Part shown: positions 47,162 to 56,044 of the stretch, piece by piece
How the letters are laid out: each line of letters opens with the position of its first letter
How positions within the stretch are numbered: the stretch's first letter is position 1
IMG/VR virus record: IMGVR_UViG_3300044971_003100
Coordinates: 1,810 to 65,809 of that record
Direction: 5' to 3' (one strand)
Source of the DNA: a virus
Lineage: Duplodnaviria > Caudoviricetes
DNA: 64,000 nt
Position numbers and translations under genes: made by a program
Notes under the pieces: model-generated
What the model was told of the DNA's origin: nothing
Databases searched by the model: none
Seen by the model: only the letters and a program-made list of their open reading frames with translations

Positions 47162-47995
47162 TTATTGACTGAAATCTCCACCATCGAACTGGCTGGAGTT
47201 ATTGGTATCTGCTAGGCCAGTCGTGAAATCACCAGCATCAATATTGCCAAGGCCAGCTAACGCATCAATCAGGTTGACCCATTGGCCGTCTTGTCTGACG
47301 TAATAGTTACCGTCAATGGGCGCTTCTTCAATTCCGCCGCCCGTGCCACCGCCGCCTCCACCGGCTCGGATGATCTGCGGAACGAACCGAGCGACCCAGG
47401 AGGCGCCATCAAACATCAGGAACTGACCGCGTTGGGCGTCACTGGTGAAGACGTCTTTCAGGTCATTCAGTTCAGCTTCAGTCGCAATTAAGTCCTGGCC
47501 GTTGGCGCCATCCTTACCATTCTTGCCATCTTTGCCATCACGACCTGGTTTCCCGTCCTTGCCAGCCCTGCCGGGGCCAACAATCAGCATCCGATCTTCT
47601 ATTGACTGCTTCAGCTCATCGAATCTTGCCTGCAGCAAAGCAAGCAGGCCTTGCTCGCGATTAACTTCTGGTACTGGTGCGGTTTCAGTATTTGCAGACC
47701 TGAGCGTTGTTACGGTTGCCTTTATAACGATGCCATTATCAGTAACAGTAAATCCTGGCAGCAGTTTTTGTAGTTGCGCCAGGATTATATCCAGCGGTTC
47801 ATTCGAAATATCAGCAATCCAAATATTCCAAGTAGCTTCGAAATCTGAAGTGGTTGGATATTTCCCAATGTAAATGATGGTATTATCAACAGTCTCGATC
47901 GGAGGCTTGGTTTCAACTATTTTTACGCGTGCCGATACCCGGATTACCGGATCACTGGAAACAATCCTAAGGATATCAGAAGACGATAAAATCAC
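47162..47995 (-). CDS. structural protein with short collagen tract
   Basis: GKDGKPGRDGKDG; EAPIDGNYYVRQDGQW fibritin/foldon-like motif. Confidence 0.7.
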   Translation of the reverse strand: MILSSSDILRIVSSDPVIRVSARVKIVETKPPIETVDNTIIYIGKYPTTSDFEATWNIWIADISNEPLDIILAQLQKLLPGFTVTDNGIVIKATVTTLRSANTETAPVPEVNREQGLLALLQARFDELKQSIEDRMLIVGPGRAGKDGKPGRDGKDGKNGKDGANGQDLIATEAELNDLKDVFTSDAQRGQFLMFDGASWVARFVPQIIRAGGGGGGTGGGIEEAPIDGNYYVRQDGQWVNLIDALAGLGNIDAGDFTTGLADTNNSSQFDGGDFSQ

Positions 47996-48128
47996 TGAAT
48001 TTGTTCATTCCAGTTAGTTTTCCGTTACGTGGCTCGACCAGATTAGTGTTCCTAGTTGTGGATTTGTCATACAACTAAACAGTGCCACCAGTGACTACCG
48101 ATATTTCGCATGGATCAAGTAACTGGAC

Positions 48129-48153
48129 AAAAAAAAGGGGCCCTGCGGCCCCC
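48129..48153 (-). terminator. intrinsic terminator after the major capsid gene
   Basis: GGGGCC-gcag-GGCCCC followed by T8. Confidence 0.85.
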
Positions 48154-48169
48154 GGAAGCTTCGGTAAGA

Positions 48170-49072
48170 TCAGGACGCAAGCGAGGCAGTAGCGTCCACG
48201 TTGGCGAGACGGGCAGCGGCCCTACCATTGATTAAAGCAAGTCCGCAATACCATTCAACGCGAGTAACCAGAGTGGGCGAATCGGTCGCTTCACCAAGGT
48301 CACGCACCTGAGGGCCGCCGTTCTGCAGACCGGTCAGCAGATCGTTGCCGAAGGCCACCACGTAGATGGACTGATCGCTGGTGTCGCTATCCAGGATAGC
48401 AACGTTCTGGTGGTCGCGATCCAGTTCAAGCACCGGAATGCCACCGTAGAACAGTTGCTGATAGCCGAAGTCGTTGCGCTCGATGTCGATCTGACCGTTG
48501 GCGCGAGCCACCTTGCTCAGATGACGACGAGCGGACTTGGACATCACAAGGTACTTGGTGCCACCTTGTGCATCCACTGCGTCAATAGCTTCGTCCAGGG
48601 CGCCGGTGTCCAGAGCAGCGGGGGAAACGCCGTTGGCGATATACTGGCTGGAGCCAGCGGGCAGGCGGTTTGCCAGGCCATCGAACTCAGCGCCACTGGC
48701 GTTGGAGTCACCGTTGATGAACAGGCCTTCGAAGGCCAGGCGCATTGCGCGGGTCTTGGCTTGCACCTGATAGGCGCGAGCCTCGGGGCCCTCCAGGTCG
48801 ACGATAGCGCGGTCAACCTTGATGTCACCACCGAACAGCTTCAGCGCTTCGCTGTGCTGCTTGACGGTGGCATAGCTTTCGGTATAACCAGCGTTAAACG
48901 TACGGAAACCCACGTCGCCGAGGGACTCCTCACGCTTCCAGAACAGACCGTTGCCCTGAACTTCACGGAACGGCAGGTTTTGCAGCAGGGGACCAGCAGC
49001 AAGCTCGGTGATAATCGCGAGTTCCTGCGGGTTAGTAGAATGCTTCTTGGCTTCAGCAAGAGTTAATGCCAT
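48170..49072 (-). CDS. major capsid protein
   Basis: MALTLAEAKK, GGDIKVDR, FINGD...EFDGL, RVEWYCGLA; follows the scaffold gene and has a strong terminator. Confidence 0.88.
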   Translation of the reverse strand: MALTLAEAKKHSTNPQELAIITELAAGPLLQNLPFREVQGNGLFWKREESLGDVGFRTFNAGYTESYATVKQHSEALKLFGGDIKVDRAIVDLEGPEARAYQVQAKTRAMRLAFEGLFINGDSNASGAEFDGLANRLPAGSSQYIANGVSPAALDTGALDEAIDAVDAQGGTKYLVMSKSARRHLSKVARANGQIDIERNDFGYQQLFYGGIPVLELDRDHQNVAILDSDTSDQSIYVVAFGNDLLTGLQNGGPQVRDLGEATDSPTLVTRVEWYCGLALINGRAAARLANVDATASLAS

Positions 49073-49213
49073 GATTCCTATGGGGGTAGATGAACGTAAA
49101 CAGGAAAGGTAAATCGCTACATGAATGTCTCATCCATTAGCGCTAGACCCTCCCCGATAGGTCATCACAACCAACTCAGGGCTGGGTACTCAAACTTATG
49201 ATACCTAAAAATT

Positions 49214-49239
49214 AAAAAAGGGCCAGCAAAAGCTGACCC
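49214..49239 (-). terminator. intrinsic terminator after the scaffold gene
   Basis: GGGTCAGC-tttt-GCTGGCCC followed by T6. Confidence 0.75.
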
Positions 49240-49261
49240 ATTGTGTATATTTAGGCTTGAA

Positions 49262-49999
49262 TCAGCCAAATGCCTTCAGGAACAGCTCATCACTGCTAAG
49301 CGCACTCAGGTCTTCACTGGTCATGCCATTCATGTCAGTGCCGCCGTAGCCGATACCAGCACCAGACCCCTTGGAGCCCTTGAAGAAGGTGCCATAGATT
49401 GGATGCGTTTTGAATCCACCCAGGTAGTCTTCAGGGTTGATGCGACGGCCGGACTCCTTGTCCAGGATCGGTACACCGTTGGAATCAACAACAGTAATAC
49501 TGTTGTCGGGCTCCAGGCGGAAGTGGCCACCGATTTGATTGGCCAACATGTCAAAAAATGACACGCCATCTGCCGAATCGGTGCGACCGCCAGCGGAGAA
49601 GAATACCTTCTCCAGTGAATAACGCTTACGGAACTCCAGCAGTTCCTTGTAGGCACCATCTCGCTGCTGGACAGCTTCCGCTGCCTGCTTGCCGTACTTT
49701 TCCTCCAGCAATGCCGTGCGCTCATCGGCCGCAGCCTTTTCACGCGCAGCGATAGCTGCTTCCTCCTGCAGTTTGCGGTATTCGTCTGGGTTGATTTGCG
49801 CAAACTTCTCCAGTTGGGCGCTTTTCTCTTTTACCTCTTTCTCGTAGATCTTGCGCGTTTCACGTTCGGATTTCAGCGCCTTCAGCAGGTTCTGAACTTC
49901 TTCTTCGGAATAACTGCGATCATCTGCGGCTTCCGTCGCTTTCTGCTCTTCCGTGTTATCTACACTCGTCTCAAGTGCATTGTTGTTGTCTTCGGGCAT
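49262..49999 (-). CDS. capsid scaffolding protein
   Basis: Acidic N-terminus, coiled coil LKALKSERE, GSGAG linker; directly upstream of the major capsid gene. Confidence 0.8.
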   Translation of the reverse strand: MPEDNNNALETSVDNTEEQKATEAADDRSYSEEEVQNLLKALKSERETRKIYEKEVKEKSAQLEKFAQINPDEYRKLQEEAAIAAREKAAADERTALLEEKYGKQAAEAVQQRDGAYKELLEFRKRYSLEKVFFSAGGRTDSADGVSFFDMLANQIGGHFRLEPDNSITVVDSNGVPILDKESGRRINPEDYLGGFKTHPIYGTFFKGSKGSGAGIGYGGTDMNGMTSEDLSALSSDELFLKAFG

Positions 50000-50393
50000 T
50001 GTTACCAGGCATCACGCCATTTAGTGCCCGCTAGTATGCCAAGAACTAGAACCTTTTAGCGATTTCTGCCGCTGTTTTTTTATTCAGTTGCTGTTGGTTG
50101 AATATATACCTGTTTACCTTTGTTTGCAATTGACTTTGGGTCAACAGATTAATTTTTTGGTAATCGTTTGGCAGTGGCATACTGAACTCCAGCTATTATC
50201 AGTCTCTATATTATTCCTTGCATGATTAAGGTGTTGATGGCACCTGACGTAGTAGAGTTTCTGTCGTGAAGCATTTTGCTGGTGGGTCTAATTTCCTGGC
50301 AAATATCAACCAGATCAAGCGAGGCGCCTTATCCTGTTAAATGTAAGAATTGATCCGTGCTTGTGCTTGGATTCAATGGGCCTGTCGCTAGGC

Positions 50394-51779
50394 TTACGCT
50401 AAGGATGTAAGGTCAGTTGGTGGGTTGAACGAGTTTCCGGTATAAAGTATCTTGTTCGTCCAGCGCAAGGCTTTCAAGGTTGACTTGCCGGGGTAACCTG
50501 TCGTAATCGAGCCACCCGAGCCGCTGGAGAGGACTCTGTTGGCATCGTCCATAAATAATTCTATATTGAAAAATCTGGATCGTCCATATTGTATTTCATC
50601 AGGCGGGAAGGTAATAGAGTCACTGATGTTGGTTACTCGCTCTCCATTGACGTAAGCTGTGGTGTACACGGGACCTTCATATTTCACAACAAAGGCAAAA
50701 TGAATAAAGCTACCGTTCCGATACCAGTTTTTATCGCTTTTTGTACCCATTATGTAGCCATTAAACGTAGTGCCAACTCCGTTATCGTTAAGTTGATCAA
50801 TTGCCTCCACATAGAACGATATACTGAAGGCATTTGCGGAGTTGTAACCGTACTCGTCAGAGGCGAAAACACTTGCAATGACCCTGGAATAGCCGACGCC
50901 CGTCTCGGAGGCTGCGAGTTTAACAATAAATTCAAGTGTGAAGCCTTTGCTGTTCGAGCTGCCTGGCACTGATCTAAGCGGTTCTCCAGACGCATAAGTT
51001 AATTGAAAGCCTCCGCCTTGGGATTCAGTCCACTTTGTGCGTATCGCGCTGCCCGCAGCAATTAAGTGATGTAAATACAGAAACGAGACTTCACCGTCCG
51101 GCAGGTTGGACAGCGGATTCCTTGGGTAGGTCAAATAGCCGCCTTGGTAGCCGCCATCGCTAGAATAAAGAGGACGTGCGTCAACAATGGTGTTAGCGCC
51201 ATCCGGTTGATAACCATCACCCCAGGCCACCGCCTGGCTGGTCACAAAGTTATTTGTATATCCTTTCACTCTGGCAAAAAAAGCCCCGTCTCTCATTAGT
51301 TCCGTGTGTGACAGCCCGTTGGACGAGCCTGACACGGGCGCAAACGGTCCCTGAATGGAAGTGTCAAATGTCAGGCCAGAGGGCAGCAAGAATCCCAGTT
51401 CGCCGTCTCGTCGAGGCCCTGCTCCTATTTTGGATCCGCGATAAAAATCTTTTTTGGGGGCGCCAATATTTTGATTTGCCATGGACCCAGATGATGTTGT
51501 CTGGGTTCGAAGGCTTGTATTTATTGTACTGGGTGTGCCGGTATTAACGCTGGGGCGTGATTGCGTTGGTGCTTGCGTTGGTGGAAATCCTGGGGGTGGC
51601 GCTACGGGGTAAGTCTGACCCAGTGTTTTATTTTTTGTTGCTATAGTTGTGCTGGCTGCATTCCTTACCGCAGTCGAATTATCCCTTCTGGTTATTTTTT
51701 GCCTGTTTGCTTTTACCAGTTGACGTGCTGATTCCAGTAAGCCATCAAAGTCAACATTGATATTCAGATTTAACGACAT
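50394..51779 (-). CDS. tail protein with C-terminal LamG-like domain
   Basis: FTLEFIVK, FIHFAFV, AYVNG, LRWTNKILY. Confidence 0.7.
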   Translation of the reverse strand: MSLNLNINVDFDGLLESARQLVKANRQKITRRDNSTAVRNAASTTIATKNKTLGQTYPVAPPPGFPPTQAPTQSRPSVNTGTPSTINTSLRTQTTSSGSMANQNIGAPKKDFYRGSKIGAGPRRDGELGFLLPSGLTFDTSIQGPFAPVSGSSNGLSHTELMRDGAFFARVKGYTNNFVTSQAVAWGDGYQPDGANTIVDARPLYSSDGGYQGGYLTYPRNPLSNLPDGEVSFLYLHHLIAAGSAIRTKWTESQGGGFQLTYASGEPLRSVPGSSNSKGFTLEFIVKLAASETGVGYSRVIASVFASDEYGYNSANAFSISFYVEAIDQLNDNGVGTTFNGYIMGTKSDKNWYRNGSFIHFAFVVKYEGPVYTTAYVNGERVTNISDSITFPPDEIQYGRSRFFNIELFMDDANRVLSSGSGGSITTGYPGKSTLKALRWTNKILYTGNSFNPPTDLTSLA

Positions 51780-52183
51780 CAGTCGTCCTGCCTTAGGCTG
51801 ATGCGGTAGGTTTGCGCTTGACCTGGTGTCAGCGAAATTGTCGGGTTTTCGGAAAGCATGCTGTGGATATATGTCTCACCAGTAAAATATATAATGATCC
51901 TATCGTAACTTAACGGAGTTGTGTCGCATTCAAAGGCAGCATCAATATTTGGTATGACGTAAGAAGCCAATCCAGAGTTGTAGCTACCGGCCTGCACGGT
52001 CTGACTGAACCTGACGTAGCCACTCCCAGTCACTTCTGCCGTTTGCCAGTCGGCTACAGTGCTTTCTGCGGTGAAGCTGTTGCCACTCGAATTGCATAAC
52101 ATTACATTGACTGTATTACCCTCAAGGCACAATTCCGCCTGTCTTTGCAGTTCTTTCGTGCTAATCAATGCGGATAATGCCAT
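51779..52183 (-). CDS. tail structural protein
   Basis: 134 aa, AEVTGSGYVR; distantly similar to 52244..52669. Confidence 0.65.
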   Translation of the reverse strand: MALSALISTKELQRQAELCLEGNTVNVMLCNSSGNSFTAESTVADWQTAEVTGSGYVRFSQTVQAGSYNSGLASYVIPNIDAAFECDTTPLSYDRIIIYFTGETYIHSMLSENPTISLTPGQAQTYRISLRQDD

Positions 52184-52243
52184 AATAACAACAGAAGAAA
52201 CGCCTGTACTGCTTAGCTATAATTCCTATATTTTGTAATCTCG

Positions 52244-52669
52244 TTACGGTGTATCCAGCACAATTATTCCATCTGGATCCCATTCGATGAGGAATGAACT
52301 TCCCGATGAAACTTCAATCGATGCTCCAAAATCGATATGCAGCAGTGGCGGGTTGGTATTTCCATTAGAGTAGTACAGAATAGCACTATCTGCGGTTATG
52401 CTGCCGCTGGTTACTGGCCATTCAACATCGTCAGCCAGGAACTTGGCGTTGTTCGTATTTACAGTCGTAATCGCTTTATTCATCAATTCTTGTCCGCCCG
52501 TCGTGTAGCCATTGCCGTCTGCCACCTCGGTCTTTGTTATATCAGCTAATGTTGCATCAGTTGCGTCAAATGTACTGCTGGCGCATAGCATCAAATAATA
52601 TGAGAATCCGTCAAGGTCAAGATCCATGACATATGAGCTGGTATGGTTATATAGAGATACGGTCGACAT
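52244..52669 (-). CDS. tail structural protein
   Basis: TEVADGNGYTTGGQEL...IDFG; paralog of 37440..37856. Confidence 0.7.
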   Translation of the reverse strand: MSTVSLYNHTSSYVMDLDLDGFSYYLMLCASSTFDATDATLADITKTEVADGNGYTTGGQELMNKAITTVNTNNAKFLADDVEWPVTSGSITADSAILYYSNGNTNPPLLHIDFGASIEVSSGSSFLIEWDPDGIIVLDTP

Positions 52670-52704
52670 TTTGTTGAAACGGCTTATCTATGGTTCCAAA
52701 TTTT

Positions 52705-55293
52705 CTATGGGCCCAACGGGGGTAATGCCGTTAGAGTGACTTGAACTGCACCAGCTTTTACCGGATGCAGCGTCGTCACCGGTGGTGCTGTTACGGTAAT
52801 TTGAACTGCAGAGGTTTTTATCGGATGATTTACCGTGACAGGCAAAGCAGAAAGCCCGATTTGGACAGAATCCAACCTGAGCCCAATTACTGTAGTGGCC
52901 ACAATCTCAGTATGGACTGGTACGCTTGCCTCGGTCAGCAAATTCAAAGAGTATTGAAATCTTGTAACGACTACTTTCGTTCTAGTTGAGGCTGTAATTG
53001 ATATAATTTCCAGCCAACTAGGGGCAACATAAGGTACGGTTACCTGCCCGTCAACAGCAGGTGGCGTGCTTGGAAGTGACGTTATACCAGGAGCAACCGG
53101 GAACCAGAACTGTCCTGTTCCACCCACTGCGCCCCAGAATAGCCCATCGCTGCTGACAACAACTCCGCTACTGTCAATAGACCATGATGTACCATTTAAT
53201 CTGTACATCGCCGACAGACCATTGGCTTCGATGATTATCGGATCAAAAGGGTTGTTTGGCAATAATTCTGGAACTGTTGTTACATTTAGTCCCGACCTAT
53301 TTGCCAGCAATAATCTGTTCTGTACGCGACCAAAAGTATTGGCTTTTGAGCCTGCCCCGGAACTTACCGAATAGTACTCATCACCTGATTTTATGAATCT
53401 ATCATCTGGGGCATATGGCATACTGAATTCGGTAATTCGTTTTGCGCCATAGTTGCCGGAAATAAATTCTATTTCCGACACACCTTCTGTCCTGTAGTCT
53501 GCTGACGTTGCTGCATTGTCAGCAAAGCCTATTTTGCGTTCCTTTCTAGGTGAGGGTAGCCCAGGGGTTGGGTCAGGTGGTGGCTCGAGCGTTGCAGGCT
53601 TAGTAACATTAGCGGGTGCGGCATACCGGGTAAGTACACTGGTGGTTCTGGTGACATTACCTGTTGGGAAACTGCTCTTGTAGCTGATGCTGGTGGTCAT
53701 ATAGTCAAAAACAACCCCCGGCCTAGTGCCGCCAGCAGCGGTATACACGGATCTGTTGAAATAGTTAGACGCAGCCTGCGCGTTGTCGATTTTGCCAGAG
53801 TTTGAAGCCATGGCTGTAGCTATTTGTCCACTTATCGTTTGATGCCATAGCCTGTAATAATATGTATAAGTTGACTCAATACCAGCGGTAACTTTCTTCA
53901 CTGTAGTTACCTGTTCAACGGGAATCATGTCAGCGCCAAAACTCACATACGCGTATCCGTTCGTGACTGGATAGGCCCAGTCTAGGTTCATCTCAGCAGC
54001 AACATGAGTTGAACTCTGGTACTTAATTTCGTTCTCTACTGAGTCGCCGTTGTCGAAATACTCAAATGTTTTTTGAACAATAGTTGGCGAACCTCCACCC
54101 AGATTAGAGTTCGGTGGAGCAAGTCCTACGGATGCAGCCACATCGGCTATATTTTGAAACAACGAACTGGCAGTAATACCCAGGACATTTGTCGAAACAG
54201 TTCGCTCATATGTTTGCCTTTCGTTTTCGTAAGATATAGATCCGTCGCTTTGATTTTTAACTTGAACTGCTGAATAATTTTTCCTTGTTTCGGTAATGGG
54301 TGCATGCGTTGTGACTATTGTCACCGTTGATTCTTGCAACGTCCCAGGGTTTTGCTTGTAGTTATACACACCAAAGGCTGGAGCCCCCACCTCTGTGTTA
54401 GCTTCATTTCTGGCTACCAGTATTCTTTGGTAAGCGTCCCTAACTTCCGTGGTAAGTGTTTCTGGAGCTGTTTCATTTGCAATTGCCTGCGCGGCAAGTA
54501 CTTCCGCCTCGGGAACTTTACTTGAAGGGTCTGGCGTCTCTGCAGGAACCTCCTGGCCAGCTTCGTTTATCTCGGTTTTTAATTCGGCTGAATTAAACAG
54601 TTTCAATGTATTGTACTTTACGATTACGCCCTCGCCCGGAATTGCGCCGGAATTTATGCTGCCAATATCAATTACCTTATCTTCGGACAACAGTGGACCG
54701 GTGCCACCTTCCTGAGATAAATCAATTATAACCAATTCGTCGTTCATGTTCAGGTATCCGCATTTTGACTCCGAATACAGCAAATCGCTCAAGATGTTGA
54801 CATACCCTGAACTGAAGTCAAATGTTTCGATACTAAAGCTATTGGTCAATCCAGGATCGTTGAATGGAACTATTTCCAGGCCCGTTAGGCACCTATAGGC
54901 AATAGAACTTGCGCTTATTGGTATCACAATGATATTCTTGTCTTCTTCGGTATAATTGCTATTTCTTGGATCGTTCAGTGCGCTCCATTCGATTGGTTCC
55001 CTCGCATCCGACAGGAACGTCAGCAAACAACCCATTTGTACTTCTGTCGTCCTGCGATACGGATCAGCAAAACTGCTGAGCACCCGCATTTTGCGCGGAA
55101 TACTCCTGGTTACACCGTCCTTTGTGTAATCAAAAGTAACAACAGTGCCGACAGGTGGTGTTATGAGTCCGTCTATCAGGCAACTGCCTTGCGTTTTGAT
55201 CAATCCATTACCCTGGATGTAGTCATCACTCAGGCTAGCACTGATCACCTCACCCAAGCTGCATTCTACTGTTGCTCTAATGTCTAGAGTCAT
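52705..55293 (-). CDS. tail tip / hub protein
   Basis: 862 aa, second gene after the tape measure (siphovirus synteny). Confidence 0.7.
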   Translation of the reverse strand: MTLDIRATVECSLGEVISASLSDDYIQGNGLIKTQGSCLIDGLITPPVGTVVTFDYTKDGVTRSIPRKMRVLSSFADPYRRTTEVQMGCLLTFLSDAREPIEWSALNDPRNSNYTEEDKNIIVIPISASSIAYRCLTGLEIVPFNDPGLTNSFSIETFDFSSGYVNILSDLLYSESKCGYLNMNDELVIIDLSQEGGTGPLLSEDKVIDIGSINSGAIPGEGVIVKYNTLKLFNSAELKTEINEAGQEVPAETPDPSSKVPEAEVLAAQAIANETAPETLTTEVRDAYQRILVARNEANTEVGAPAFGVYNYKQNPGTLQESTVTIVTTHAPITETRKNYSAVQVKNQSDGSISYENERQTYERTVSTNVLGITASSLFQNIADVAASVGLAPPNSNLGGGSPTIVQKTFEYFDNGDSVENEIKYQSSTHVAAEMNLDWAYPVTNGYAYVSFGADMIPVEQVTTVKKVTAGIESTYTYYYRLWHQTISGQIATAMASNSGKIDNAQAASNYFNRSVYTAAGGTRPGVVFDYMTTSISYKSSFPTGNVTRTTSVLTRYAAPANVTKPATLEPPPDPTPGLPSPRKERKIGFADNAATSADYRTEGVSEIEFISGNYGAKRITEFSMPYAPDDRFIKSGDEYYSVSSGAGSKANTFGRVQNRLLLANRSGLNVTTVPELLPNNPFDPIIIEANGLSAMYRLNGTSWSIDSSGVVVSSDGLFWGAVGGTGQFWFPVAPGITSLPSTPPAVDGQVTVPYVAPSWLEIISITASTRTKVVVTRFQYSLNLLTEASVPVHTEIVATTVIGLRLDSVQIGLSALPVTVNHPIKTSAVQITVTAPPVTTLHPVKAGAVQVTLTALPPLGP

Positions 55294-55294
55294 G

Positions 55295-56044
55295 TTACAT
55301 CACCAGCCCAAGTTGAATCGACACCGTGTAAATATCCGCCGGACTTCCGCTGATTATCTTGCGCTCAGCCGTCGCAGTTGGTGGACTTATTGGAAAATAG
55401 CTGCCAGTAAGTGGTACTGCCACAATTTGACTTTCATACCAACTGCGTACATCATCCCAGCCTGCCAAATTTGTAGTTCCCTCGACGTCTTTTATTTTGT
55501 ATACTGTCAAAGGGCCAGACAGGTAATGAGTACCGGCGGCCGTCAATTCCAGAGTCGGACCTGGACCATAGGTATCAACCGGTTTTGTTAATGTTAAAGT
55601 CGTAGAGCCAAGCGTAATAGTACCAAAATCAGGCTTCAGTTCGCTCTGCCCTGACTCGTCTAATTGTTGCTTTAATATTACTTCTAAGGCTTGCCCTGCG
55701 TCTACTAGTTCGACATTTACAGACAGCCATGCACCCGCTTGCTCAGCACTTGGCGCACTGATAAACCAGCATTCAATATCAGTCCATGTCTGACCGCCTG
55801 GACCGGTACCACTGAAGCCAACGGTGCTACCGAGTACACCAGAGATGGCTGGATCCTGTTCGTCTATTCTGGTGTTGCGCCAAGTATCGTAAATATCTAC
55901 GAGATCCAACCATTCACTAGGCGTAACCAGTCCGTTTATGCTGAATTTGCGCGAAGTGCGACCTACCAGAACCCCTTGATCGTCATACCCAAATGGCTGC
56001 GCCGTTAATTTATCTATGGTCAGACTGGAGATGGTTACGGTCAT
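55295..56044 (-). CDS. putative distal tail protein
   Basis: 249 aa immediately downstream of the tape measure gene. Confidence 0.65.
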   Translation of the reverse strand: MTVTISSLTIDKLTAQPFGYDDQGVLVGRTSRKFSINGLVTPSEWLDLVDIYDTWRNTRIDEQDPAISGVLGSTVGFSGTGPGGQTWTDIECWFISAPSAEQAGAWLSVNVELVDAGQALEVILKQQLDESGQSELKPDFGTITLGSTTLTLTKPVDTYGPGPTLELTAAGTHYLSGPLTVYKIKDVEGTTNLAGWDDVRSWYESQIVAVPLTGSYFPISPPTATAERKIISGSPADIYTVSIQLGLVM

